The notes beneath the pieces were generated by a model that worked only from the letters and a program-made list of their open reading frames with translations, made no database searches and had not been told where the DNA came from. Below, one piece after another: positions 1 to 8,965 of a DNA stretch of 64,000 nucleotides. Numbering within the stretch: the stretch's first letter is position 1; every line of letters begins with the position of its first letter. The position numbers and the translations under genes are program-made. The DNA comes from Myxococcales bacterium (GTDB lineage: Bacteria > Myxococcota > Myxococcia > Myxococcales > 40CM-4-68-19), in the NCBI GenBank assembly GCA_038231075.1, contig JBBRMA010000001.1, positions 278,420 through 342,419 on the forward strand, given 5' to 3'.

Positions 1-2682
1 CCGCGGAAGCGACTCGGTCAACTGCTCCTCGAGCTGAAGGCGGTCGACGAACACCAGCTCCAGAGCGCGCTCGGCCACCAGAAGCAATGGGGCGGCAAGC
101 TCGGGACCATCCTGGTGCAGAAGGGCTTCATCCGCGAGGAGGAGATGGTGCGGGTGCTCAGCCAGCACGTGGGCATGCCGTCGGTGAAGCTCGGCGACGC
201 CAAGGTGGACGCGCGCGCCGTGAAGATGGTCTCCAAGCAGCTGGCGGAGAAGCTGCAGGTCTTCGCCTTCGACGTCAGCGGGGCCGGGCGCAGCGAGATC
301 GTGACGGTGGCGATGAGCGATCCGACCGATCTGGCCGCGGTCGATCAGCTCGCCTTCCACACCGGCAAGCGGATCAAGGCCGTGCTCTCGGGAGCCACCG
401 AGATCGTCGCCGCCATCCATCGGCACTACGACGGGCGCGTGGTCACCGCGGCGCCCGGAGCGGCCAAGGGACCGACGGCGGCGCCTCCGACGGCCACCCC
501 GAGCGGGTCGCAGATCCAGCCGGTGGCGCCCGCGTCGCACGGGTTTGGCCGGGTCTCGCCCATTCCGCCGGGTCGGGGTGCGCTGCAAACGCCGCACACC
601 GGGACCACGCTCCGCGACTTCAATCCGCTCGACGCTTTCGCGCCGCCAGCGCAGCGAAGGCCCGACCCGCCGCGGGCGCCGCCGCCGACGCTGGCGCCGG
701 CGATGAGCGCCTCGCAGCCGGTGCGGCCCGCGTCGTACGTGCCGCCGCCGCAGCCGCTCGCGCAGCAGATTCCGCGGCAGCCCGTTCCGCCGCCCGCGCC
801 GCTGCCGCTGCAGCCGCTCGAGGAGATCGATCCGCAGCCCGAGTTTCGCGGCACCGACTTCGACGCCGCCGCGCTCGCCGAGGTGGCTCCGCTGCCGCCC
901 ACCGACAACAGCGGCGAACAGATCGAGGGGCTCGAGTCCATCGCCTCCTCGACCATCGACGAGGGGCCCGTCTATCTGCAGGCGGGCGCGTCGGGCCTCG
1001 AGCTCGACGACCCGACGCCGCTGCCTCTGGCAGAGCCCGAGCCGGAGCAGACCTGGCCGCCGCCCGCTGCGCCCGCAGTCGCGCACGCCGCTCCCTGGCA
1101 GGACGAGGCGGCCCGACCAGCGCAGCCTCAATGGCAGGCTGCGCCGCCCGGGCCGGCCGCGGCTCACGAGGAGCCGACCGATTGGGACAACGCGGTCACC
1201 GCGCCCCGGCCCGAGGCCGTCCCGGCCAACTGGGCCGACGAGCCCGCCGAGGCGGAATCGCAGCCGCACGAGCCGGCGCCGAGCGAGTGGGCGGCCGCCG
1301 CGCCAGCGCCCGCCGCGCCCAGCCCCTGGCCAGCACCCGAGGAACCGGCCGCGCACGCGGCGGCTCCGGCCGCCGAATCGTGGCCCGCGGCAGCGGCGAC
1401 CGAAGCGCCGTTGCCTGCGGCCTGGGAGGAGCCGGCGGCTGCAGCATCCGCACCGGCCGCGGCGCCCGCCCGCGACGACGCGTTTGGCGAGGCGCCGGCA
1501 GACTGGAGCGCCAGCGAGCCCGCGGCCGAAGAGTGGCCCAAGCCGGACCACACGCCTGGGGCGGAAGCGGCCGCTGCCGAGGAGACCTGGCCGCCGCCCG
1601 CTGCAGACGCCTCGGCTCCTGCGTGGGATGGACCCGCGAGCGCTCCTTCTGGGTCTCTGCCCGGCGAGTGGGAAGCCCAGCCCGCGAGCCCGCCTGCGTG
1701 GAGCGAGCCCGCGCAAAACGGCGAGCTTCCGGCGGACGCGATCATGGGAGAGGCGCCGATCGCCGCTGCAGAAGCCTTGCCCCCTGAGATGGCGACGCAC
1801 GAGTCGGCTCCGCTTCCGCAGCCCGTTGCGGAGCCCGTGCAGGCGGCGGCACCGGAGGCACAAGCCCTGGCCGCGGTTCCGCCTCCGCCTCCGCCCGAAG
1901 AGCCTGAGGAGGCCGTCGCGCCGCTCGAGGTCGCCGCCCAGCACGAGCAGGAGCACGGCGAGGCCGAGGCGCCCGCGGCCTGGGGTGCGGTCGAGGACCC
2001 TCTTGGCCACCACGTCCCCGAGGTGCCACCTCCGCCGCCCGAGGAGCCCGCGGCCGAGATGGTCGGTCCGGCTGGTTGGGAGGACATGCAGCTCGGAGCG
2101 AACCTCGCCCCGCCTGACGAGGGATCGCACTCGCCGGACGCATTGGCCGCGGCGGAGGCGCCCGCGGCCGCAGAGCATGCGCCGGAGCTGCCGCCCGCGA
2201 ACGAGCATCAAGCGCCCGAGGCCCCCGCGGAGGACGCGGCCGCCGAGCAGGCCGCGCCCGCGGACGAGGCCCTCGAGGAGCTGACTTTTTCCGACGACGA
2301 GCTGCGTGAGCCAGAGGTTGCCCCGGGCGCCGAAGGCTCCGCGGAGCCGGCGCCGAACGGCGAAGCCGAGCCGCTGCAAGGCTGGGTCCCGCCGCCGGCC
2401 GAAGAGCCTGCGAGCGGCGCCGGATGGCTCGGCGAGGCGCTCGCCGCCACCAGCCCGCTCTCGGCGGGAGAGTCGGGCACGCTGGCCGCGGCGGGCATCG
2501 ACCCGAACGACGGCGCGGGCGCGCTCCGCCTGCTCGCGGCGCTCTTGCGCGTGCTCCACCGGCGCCAGCTGATCGACCTCGACGAGCTGGCGGCGGAGGT
2601 TCGCCTGGCGCAGCCCGAGGCCGCCTCGGCCCAGGCCGAGCCGACCGCGAGCGCAGAGGCCGCGCCCACGCACACCGAGTAG
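1..2682 (+). CDS. T2SS-E N-terminal (MshEN-type) domain protein with ~700-aa Pro/Ala/Glu/Trp-rich low-complexity region; 5' end lies outside the window
   Basis: Frame 1 is open from nt 1 (PRKRLGQLLLELKAVDEHQLQSALGHQKQWGGKLGTILVQKGFIREEEMVRVLSQH...), so the listed ATG at 115 is internal. The N-terminus has the GspE/MshE N-domain pattern. The ORF ends at 2682. Confidence 0.8.
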   Translation, partial: PRKRLGQLLLELKAVDEHQLQSALGHQKQWGGKLGTILVQKGFIREEEMVRVLSQHVGMPSVKLGDAKVDARAVKMVSKQLAEKLQVFAFDVSGAGRSEIVTVAMSDPTDLAAVDQLAFHTGKRIKAVLSGATEIVAAIHRHYDGRVVTAAPGAAKGPTAAPPTATPSGSQIQPVAPASHGFGRVSPIPPGRGALQTPHTGTTLRDFNPLDAFAPPAQRRPDPPRAPPPTLAPAMSASQPVRPASYVPPPQPLAQQIPRQPVPPPAPLPLQPLEEIDPQPEFRGTDFDAAALAEVAPLPPTDNSGEQIEGLESIASSTIDEGPVYLQAGASGLELDDPTPLPLAEPEPEQTWPPPAAPAVAHAAPWQDEAARPAQPQWQAAPPGPAAAHEEPTDWDNAVTAPRPEAVPANWADEPAEAESQPHEPAPSEWAAAAPAPAAPSPWPAPEEPAAHAAAPAAESWPAAAATEAPLPAAWEEPAAAASAPAAAPARDDAFGEAPADWSASEPAAEEWPKPDHTPGAEAAAAEETWPPPAADASAPAWDGPASAPSGSLPGEWEAQPASPPAWSEPAQNGELPADAIMGEAPIAAAEALPPEMATHESAPLPQPVAEPVQAAAPEAQALAAVPPPPPPEEPEEAVAPLEVAAQHEQEHGEAEAPAAWGAVEDPLGHHVPEVPPPPPEEPAAEMVGPAGWEDMQLGANLAPPDEGSHSPDALAAAEAPAAAEHAPELPPANEHQAPEAPAEDAAAEQAAPADEALEELTFSDDELREPEVAPGAEGSAEPAPNGEAEPLQGWVPPPAEEPASGAGWLGEALAATSPLSAGESGTLAAAGIDPNDGAGALRLLAALLRVLHRRQLIDLDELAAEVRLAQPEAASAQAEPTASAEAAPTHTE

Positions 2683-2861
2683 GCGCGTTCGCAAATTGAC
2701 ACGCTCGCGCCGGCGGCGATCGGCCGCAGCCGGGTCGTGCGCCGAGCCGCGAGCCGGTTGACGGGCGCGACCGCCTCACCTGCAGCGCCTTGCGGATCAC
2801 CCGCGGGGCCTCCCTAGAGTGGGCCGCGAGCAGGCGCTCGGGTGGGGCAGGAGGGCACGCG

Positions 2862-3842
2862 ATGGAGTTGCAGATGTCTGGCACGGTCCTCACGCGGGAC
2901 CTGGTCGCGGCCGAGGGATCGGTCGTCGCCAGCCGCGGGGACGTCGTGGACCTGGTGCTGCTGCGCGACGTCGCCGCGGGCGCGCCGAAGAGTCTTTCGC
3001 ACGTCGCCCTCCACCAGACCCGGCTCGCGGTCGAGGTGCTGGCCGCGCTCGACAGCCCCGCGCTCGAGCACATCTGCGGCGACGCGACGACCAAGGGCCG
3101 GCTGGCCGACGCGCTCAGCGAAGTGCGCTTCCCCCTGCCCGTCTGGATGGAGCTCGAGGCGCTGCGGCGCGAGGACGAGCTGCGCTGCCAGCACGCCATC
3201 TGGAGCGCGCTGGTGGCGGCTCGGATGTTCGGCGCCGCGCTCGGCGAGGCCCCGGGCCTCTTGCGGCTGGTGGGCGGCGCGCTGGTTCACGACATCGGCA
3301 TGCGCCACTCGGCGGCGCGGCTGCGCTGGAAGCGCGAGCACCTGACCCGCTCGGAGGCCGTGGCGCTCGAAGACCACCCGATGCTGGGCGCGCTCCTGCT
3401 GGCGCGCTGGCTCGGCGACGTTCCCGCCGTGCACTTCGCGCTGCTCCACCACACGCGCGCGGGGCAGGGCTACCCGAAGATTCCGGGCGCGCAGCCCCTG
3501 CGCGGCCTCGACGTGGTCACCGTCGCCAGCGCCTTCGCCGCGATGATCGCCCCGCGGCCTTTCCGGCCGACGCCCTTCAACGCGCGCGGCGCCGCCGACC
3601 AGCTCATCGAGGAGGCCCGGCTCGGCCACTTCGACGCGCGCGCGGTGCGGCTGCTCGTGCACTGCCTGCGCGGGGGCCGCGATCCCATCGCCGAGCTGGA
3701 GATGGGCAACCGCGCCAGCGGCTTCAAGCCGCCCGACAACCACTACGGCCTGCAAGCCCAGCCAGGGCGCGCGGGCGAGCGGCAGGACCTGGCGCAGGCC
3801 GGCGCGCGAATCGTCGCGCCAAGCGGGCTCAAAGCGGGCTGA
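2862..3842 (+). CDS. HD-GYP-type phosphohydrolase (putative c-di-GMP phosphodiesterase) with a diverged signature
   Basis: ALVHDIGM (HD) and HHTRAGQGYP (HHExxDGxGYP-like) motifs. ATG 2862 is preceded by GGAGGG at 2850-2855. The ORF-track start at 2790 looks too early. Confidence 0.75.
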   Translation: MELQMSGTVLTRDLVAAEGSVVASRGDVVDLVLLRDVAAGAPKSLSHVALHQTRLAVEVLAALDSPALEHICGDATTKGRLADALSEVRFPLPVWMELEALRREDELRCQHAIWSALVAARMFGAALGEAPGLLRLVGGALVHDIGMRHSAARLRWKREHLTRSEAVALEDHPMLGALLLARWLGDVPAVHFALLHHTRAGQGYPKIPGAQPLRGLDVVTVASAFAAMIAPRPFRPTPFNARGAADQLIEEARLGHFDARAVRLLVHCLRGGRDPIAELEMGNRASGFKPPDNHYGLQAQPGRAGERQDLAQAGARIVAPSGLKAG

Positions 3843-3894
3843 CGCTGCACCGCCCGGCTTGCTGGTGTAGATCAGCAGTGCGCACCGCGCGTTG

Positions 3895-4533
3895 ATGGAA
3901 GCCGAACGGACCGACGAGGAGCTGCTCGCCCAATTCCAGGCGGGCGACGCACAGGCCTTCGAGCGCCTGCTGCGCCGCCATCGCAGTCCCCTCTTCACGT
4001 TCCTACTGCGCATGGTGGGCGACCGCACCCGAGCTGAAGATCTGACCCAGGAGGCCTTCCTGCGCGTGGTGCGCGCGGCCGCCCGCTGGGAGGCGCGCGC
4101 GCGCTTCCAGACCTGGCTGTACACGGTGGCGCGGAACCTCTGCGTCGACCAATCGCGGCGCGATCGATTTCGCCGCACCGACAGCCTGGACGCGCAGGTG
4201 CCCTCGAGCGATGGCGAGGGGCCGCCCTTGGTTGAGTCGATCCCCGGCGACGGCGCGCTGCCGGATCGCGCGGCCGACAGCGCGCTCGTGCGTCCGGCGC
4301 TCGAGCGCGCGCTCGCTGCGCTGCCCGGTGAGCAGCGCGAGGTCTTCCTCTTGCGCGAGCAGGCCGGGCTTCCTTTCAAGGAGATCGCCGAGCTGGTCGG
4401 CTGCAACGAGAACACGGTGAAGAGCCGCATGCGCTACGCGCTCGAGGGGCTGCGGCGAAACCTGACAGCGCTGGGCATCACCGAAGAGACTGCGGAGGCG
4501 GGGCAGCCGATGCCGGGCCTCGGGAGAGCGTGA
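3895..4533 (+). CDS. ECF-type RNA polymerase sigma factor (sigma-70 family)
   Basis: Region 2-like DLTQEAFLRVV...WLYTVARNLCVD and region 4-like LPGEQREVFLLREQAGLPFKEIAELVGCNENTVKSRMRYAL. ATG at 3895 (TTG 3892 is an alternative). Confidence 0.9.
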   Translation: MEAERTDEELLAQFQAGDAQAFERLLRRHRSPLFTFLLRMVGDRTRAEDLTQEAFLRVVRAAARWEARARFQTWLYTVARNLCVDQSRRDRFRRTDSLDAQVPSSDGEGPPLVESIPGDGALPDRAADSALVRPALERALAALPGEQREVFLLREQAGLPFKEIAELVGCNENTVKSRMRYALEGLRRNLTALGITEETAEAGQPMPGLGRA

Positions 4534-6173
4534 GCGTCGTGACCTGCGTGGAGTGCCAGGATCTGCTGCTCGACCTCGCGTACGGCGAGCTCGACCCGGT
4601 GCGCGCCGCCGAGGTCGAGGCGCACGTGGCGGGCTGCGAGTCGTGCGCAAGGGAGCGCCGGCAGATCGCCTCGACGCGGATGCTGTTCGCGCCGCTGCTC
4701 CGCCGCGAGGACCCTTCCGCCGCGATGGACGAGACCATCTTGAAGGCCGCGCGCGACGAGGCCACGCGGCTCGGAGCGGCGGCCGCTGCTGCGCAGCCCA
4801 GGCAATCGGCGGCGGCGGGGCCGCGCGTGGTGGAGGTGGCCGGCTCGATCGGCATGCCCGAGGCCGCGGCTCCCTTCGACGTGCGCGCGCCCGTGCGGGT
4901 GGCCCCGGCTGCCAAAGCGGCGAGGCCGCGCTGGGCGCTGCGCTTCGCGCTCGGCGGCTCGGTCGCGGCGGCGGCGGCGCTGGTCCTGGTGGCCACCAAT
5001 CTGACTCGCCCGCTCGAGGCGCCGGGCGGCGCGCAGGAGTCCAAGGTGCGCGCCATCAACATCCGCGCCCCCGAGCCGGAAGGCGCTCCCCCGACCAGCC
5101 CCGCTCCGGCCGCAGCGGCGCCGAGCACCAACACGCTGGCCAAGGATTCCGGCGCGACGCGCGAGGCTGGCAAGTCCATCGACAGGACGGTTGCCGCGGC
5201 GCGCGAGACGGCCGAGCGCCGCCCCGAGCAGCAGGGCGAGAAGACGAAGGCCGCGGCGAAGCCGTCTGCCGCGGTGCACAAGAAGGCCGCTCTCGATCTG
5301 CGGGAGGGGAGCGCCGCGCACGTCGACTTCGCCGACGATTCGCTGCGGATGGCGCCGGCCGCTCCGCCCCCGCGCGCCGCTGCCGCTGCTGCGCCAACTC
5401 CCGCCGCGGCCCCGCCGGCGCCCAAAGAGGCCGAGCCGCCGCAGCAAGCCGTCGCCCAGGCCGAGCGGGCCGAGCGCGACGCGCCGGGGCTCGCCGCGGC
5501 CGCGCCAGGAGCTCCGGCCCGGCGCGACCGATCGCAACCTGCGCCGCCCCCAGAGCCGCTCGGCGCGCTCGGCTCGTCCGCGGGGGGCGCCGTGGGCGCG
5601 GGCCAGGCTGGCGGCCTGAACGCGAGCGAGAGCGTGGGTGTCTCGCGCGGAGGAGGCAATGGGCAAGAGGCGGCCAACATCGCCGCCCAGCTCGAATCGC
5701 GCGCGCGCACGCTGCGCCTGGGCGGTAGCTACTCAGAGGCTGCCACGCTCTACAAGCAGGCGGCCTCGCTCCACCAGCGCGCGGCGGAAGGCGGCGCGCC
5801 GCCCGTCCCGGTGACGAACCAAGCGCCCGCGGACGGCGCGTCGCAAGTGCGCCGCGATGCGCAGAGCCAGGCCGCGGGGCCCGCCAAGGGGCTCTCGGGC
5901 AGCGATCTGAAGTCAGGCTCGGCGGCTGCGCTGGCCGCGGCGTGGGACCTGGCGCACGCCATTGAATGTCTCGCCGCCGACGCCCGCATCGACGAGGCAC
6001 GCGCCGTCTACGACGATCTGCTGACGAGCTATCCGGGCGCCACCGGACCGCACAGCGCCGCCCAGCGCGCGCTGCGCACCGCGTTGCCGAGGCCGGCGAT
6101 GAAGCTCGAGGTGCCAGCAGTCGACCAGCCTCGCGCCGCGCCCGCCGCGCCCGACCCGGCGGTAGGCAAATAG
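4530..6173 (+). CDS. Anti-sigma factor, zf-HC2 type, single transmembrane helix, long Ala/Pro-rich extracytoplasmic part
   Basis: N-terminal CVECQDLL...HVAGCESC zinc-finger pattern. GTG 4530 overlaps the sigma-factor stop (GTGA). Predicted TM segment WALRFALGGSVAAAAALVLVATNL. Confidence 0.8.
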   Translation: MSVVTCVECQDLLLDLAYGELDPVRAAEVEAHVAGCESCARERRQIASTRMLFAPLLRREDPSAAMDETILKAARDEATRLGAAAAAAQPRQSAAAGPRVVEVAGSIGMPEAAAPFDVRAPVRVAPAAKAARPRWALRFALGGSVAAAAALVLVATNLTRPLEAPGGAQESKVRAINIRAPEPEGAPPTSPAPAAAAPSTNTLAKDSGATREAGKSIDRTVAAARETAERRPEQQGEKTKAAAKPSAAVHKKAALDLREGSAAHVDFADDSLRMAPAAPPPRAAAAAAPTPAAAPPAPKEAEPPQQAVAQAERAERDAPGLAAAAPGAPARRDRSQPAPPPEPLGALGSSAGGAVGAGQAGGLNASESVGVSRGGGNGQEAANIAAQLESRARTLRLGGSYSEAATLYKQAASLHQRAAEGGAPPVPVTNQAPADGASQVRRDAQSQAAGPAKGLSGSDLKSGSAAALAAAWDLAHAIECLAADARIDEARAVYDDLLTSYPGATGPHSAAQRALRTALPRPAMKLEVPAVDQPRAAPAAPDPAVGK

Positions 6174-6266
6174 CGCCTCGGGCGATCGGCGGTTTGCCTC
6201 GCTCCGCCCTCGTCCCGTAGCATCCACCCCTCGCTCGGGCAGGTCGCCCTGCTTCGGAGGCCCTCA

Positions 6267-7109
6267 GTGCTGTCCGGGAAGAACCCGCTCCTCATCGCCC
6301 TCGGCCTCGGCCTCGTCGCCGGCCTCGTCGCCTACTCCGCCATCAAGGCCAAGGAGCGCGAGGTGAAAAAGGGCTGGGAGACGGTCAAGATCCTGGCCGC
6401 CAACGTCGACATCCCCGAGGGCACCGAGCTCGATCAAGAGATGGTGGCCGTCAAGGACATGCCGATCCGCTTCGTCACCGACAGCTTCATCCGCATCGAG
6501 GAGGACAACAGCTCCAAGCAGGAGCTGCCCTTCGGCCAGCGCGTGCTGGTGCCGCTCAAGACCGGCGACCCCATTTTGGTCAGCCACTTCGAGTCCAGCC
6601 GCGAGGCCGAGTTCTCGACGATGATCAACCAGAAGGGCCGCGCGGTGACCATCGATGTGCAGGAGAAGACCGCGGTCGGCCTCTGGGTGCGGCCGAACGA
6701 CCACGTCGATGTCGTCGGGACGTTTCGCGACCCCGAATCGCACGAGCTGAAGACGGTGACGATGCTGCAGAACGTGGTCGTCCTGGCCACGGGGCGCCTG
6801 AACGCCAACACGACCTATGTTCCCGAGGACCAGAAGCGCTACCAGAGCGTGACCTTGTTGGTGCTGCCGGAAGAGGCCGAGATCCTCACGCTGGCGCAGG
6901 AGAGCGGCACGCTGACCCTCTTGCTGCGCAACCCGGCCGACCTCGACTATCAAGAGAAGCGCACCATCTTGGATGCGAAGACGCTGCTCGCCGGCGACCG
7001 CACCGGTGAGCTGCAGGCCAAGCGCTACAAGACCATCCAGATCATCCGCGGCAACAAGTCCTCGTCGCACGAGACCAGCGGCGTGGCCGCGACCGCCAAG
7101 CCCGAGTAA
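6267..7109 (+). CDS. cpaB: Flp/Tad pilus assembly protein CpaB (RcpC family)
   Basis: N-terminal TM (LLIALGLGLVAGLVAY), a SAF-like segment (VKILAANVDIPEGTELDQEMV) and an RcpC-like C-terminus (VTIDV...VRPNDHVDVVGTF...VTMLQNVVVLATG). GGAGG at 6254-6258 lies upstream of the GTG start. Confidence 0.85.
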   Translation: MLSGKNPLLIALGLGLVAGLVAYSAIKAKEREVKKGWETVKILAANVDIPEGTELDQEMVAVKDMPIRFVTDSFIRIEEDNSSKQELPFGQRVLVPLKTGDPILVSHFESSREAEFSTMINQKGRAVTIDVQEKTAVGLWVRPNDHVDVVGTFRDPESHELKTVTMLQNVVVLATGRLNANTTYVPEDQKRYQSVTLLVLPEEAEILTLAQESGTLTLLLRNPADLDYQEKRTILDAKTLLAGDRTGELQAKRYKTIQIIRGNKSSSHETSGVAATAKPE

Positions 7110-7112
7110 GCG

Positions 7113-7958
7113 ATGCCGGCCGCATTCACCTTCTTATTGACCGCGGGCTCGGTCTTCTTCTTCGCCCTCCTGGTGCTGGGCGTGCTGCAGCGCGCCTTCG
7201 AGCAGTATCGCGAGCGCTACGTCGTCAAGTCGATGAACGACCTGAGCGACATGTTCCTCTTCGTCGAGCCCTCGCAGATCCTGCTGCTCAACATCGCGGC
7301 GCTGGTGATCTTCGCCGGCCTCGGGTTCGTCGTCGGCGGGCCGTTCTTCGCGGCGCTGGCGGGCGTGGCGGGCTTCTTCGCGCCAATCGTCGCCGTGCGC
7401 TACTACCGCGGCCGGCGCATCGACCGCTTCAACACCCAGCTCGTCGAGGCGCTGCAGCAGATGGCCAACGCCCTGCGCGCGGGCCTCACGTTCACGCAGG
7501 CGCTCGACCAGATCGGCCGCGAGTCGGGCGCGCCCTTGCGGCAGGAGTTCGGCCTCTTCACCAAGGAGGTCAAGCTCGGCGTGCCCATCGAGGAGGCGCT
7601 GATGAACATGGCGCGCCGCGTGGGCAGCGAAGATCTCGAATTGGTCGCGACCTCGACCAACATCGCGCGGCAGCTCGGCGGCAACATGGCCGAGATGTTC
7701 GAGGTCATCAGCGGGACGATCAGGGAGCGCTTCCGGCTCGAGGGCAAGATCAAGGCGCTCACCAGCCAGGGCAAGATGCAGGGCTGGATCGTCGCCTCGC
7801 TGCCGCTCTGGATCGGCCTCTTCTTCAACTGGTACCGGCCGGATCTGATGGAGCCGATGTTCGAGCGCGCCTTCGGCTACGTGCTCGTCTGCGCCATCAT
7901 CCTCCTCGAGGCGACCGGGTTCGTCCTCATCCGCAAGATCGTCAACATCGACGTCTGA
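7113..7958 (+). CDS. tadB: Tad/type II secretion F-family inner-membrane platform protein TadB
   Basis: GspF-like core (QLVEALQQMANALRAGLTFTQALDQI...PIEEALMNMARRVGSEDLELVATSTNIARQLGGNMAEMFE) flanked by TM helices. Starts 3 nt after the cpaB stop. Confidence 0.85.
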   Translation: MPAAFTFLLTAGSVFFFALLVLGVLQRAFEQYRERYVVKSMNDLSDMFLFVEPSQILLLNIAALVIFAGLGFVVGGPFFAALAGVAGFFAPIVAVRYYRGRRIDRFNTQLVEALQQMANALRAGLTFTQALDQIGRESGAPLRQEFGLFTKEVKLGVPIEEALMNMARRVGSEDLELVATSTNIARQLGGNMAEMFEVISGTIRERFRLEGKIKALTSQGKMQGWIVASLPLWIGLFFNWYRPDLMEPMFERAFGYVLVCAIILLEATGFVLIRKIVNIDV

Positions 7959-7965
7959 GGCCATC

Positions 7966-8880
7966 GTGACCGAGCTGCTCGCCATCCTTGCGCTGCTCGC
8001 GACCGCCGCCGGGACGGCCGCGCTCGTGCTCGGCTCGATCGAGGCAGTCAAGCAGCTCTCGCGCCGGCTCATCACCACCTCTGAAGAAGGCGCGCAGCTC
8101 AGCCTCGCCCCCGAGCTCGACACGGCCGGCAGCTCGATGCACGCGCTGCGCAAGACGCTGATCGCTTTTCTCGCCGTGCTCAACAAGGGCTGGGTCCCCA
8201 AGCGCCACCTCGACCGGCTGTCGGCGCAGCTGCGGCGCGCGGGCCACCCGGCCGAGCTGCGCGCCGAGGAAGTCGTCGCCTTCATGGAAGTGGGCGCCTT
8301 CTTCTTCCTCGTGCTCGGCGTCGCGCTCTCGCTCTGGGCCGGCCTCTCGCCCTGGACCTGGCTGATCTCGCTCGCCATCGGCGCCGTCTATCCGCTCATC
8401 TGGCTGCGCGACAAGGTGAAGATCCGCCACCACCAGATCACCCGCGCGCTGCCCTACAACCTCGACTTGCTCACGCTCTCGGTCGAGGCGGGCCTCGACT
8501 TTGCGGCCGCGCTCGGCAAGGTGGTCGAGAAGGGGCGCAAGGGGCCGCTCTGCGACGAGCTGAACACGACGCTCAAAGAGCTCAAGCTCGGCAAGACCCG
8601 TGAAGAGGCGCTGAAGAACCTGGCGGCGCGGGTCGAGCTGCAGTCGCTCTCGAGCTTCGTCGCGGCGCTGGTGCAAGCCGACAAGATGGGCACGAGCCTC
8701 GGCAAGGTGCTGCGCATCCTCTCGACGCAGATGCGCATCGAGCGCACGCAGCGGGCCGAGAAGCTCGCCAACGAGGCGCCGGTCAAGCTCTTGCTGCCGC
8801 TCATCGGCTGCATCTTCCCGACCATCTTCATCATGCTGTTCGGGCCGATCGCGTTTCAGATCTTCTTTGGAGACTTCTAG
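7966..8880 (+). CDS. tadC: Tad/type II secretion F-family platform protein TadC
   Basis: LPYNLDLLTLSVEAGLDFAAALGKVV...TREEALKNLAARVELQSLSSFVAALVQADKMGTSLGKVLRILSTQMR plus a C-terminal TM. GTG start 7 nt after tadB. Confidence 0.85.
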   Translation: MTELLAILALLATAAGTAALVLGSIEAVKQLSRRLITTSEEGAQLSLAPELDTAGSSMHALRKTLIAFLAVLNKGWVPKRHLDRLSAQLRRAGHPAELRAEEVVAFMEVGAFFFLVLGVALSLWAGLSPWTWLISLAIGAVYPLIWLRDKVKIRHHQITRALPYNLDLLTLSVEAGLDFAAALGKVVEKGRKGPLCDELNTTLKELKLGKTREEALKNLAARVELQSLSSFVAALVQADKMGTSLGKVLRILSTQMRIERTQRAEKLANEAPVKLLLPLIGCIFPTIFIMLFGPIAFQIFFGDF

Positions 8881-8965
8881 AAAATGAAAGTGCCTGGGCT
8901 TCCGGTTTTCGACTTCCCGCTACCGGCTCAAGCCTGGCTGCGAACGCTTTGCCCTTCCGGAAGCC

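Noticed and set aside
87-4430. Overlapping long ORFs 87..1787 (+), 1742..3199 (-) and 2814..4430 (-)
   Set aside because: They are alternative or antisense frames of the MshEN-type, HD-GYP and sigma genes. Their Arg/Pro/Ala-rich composition has no recognisable domain.
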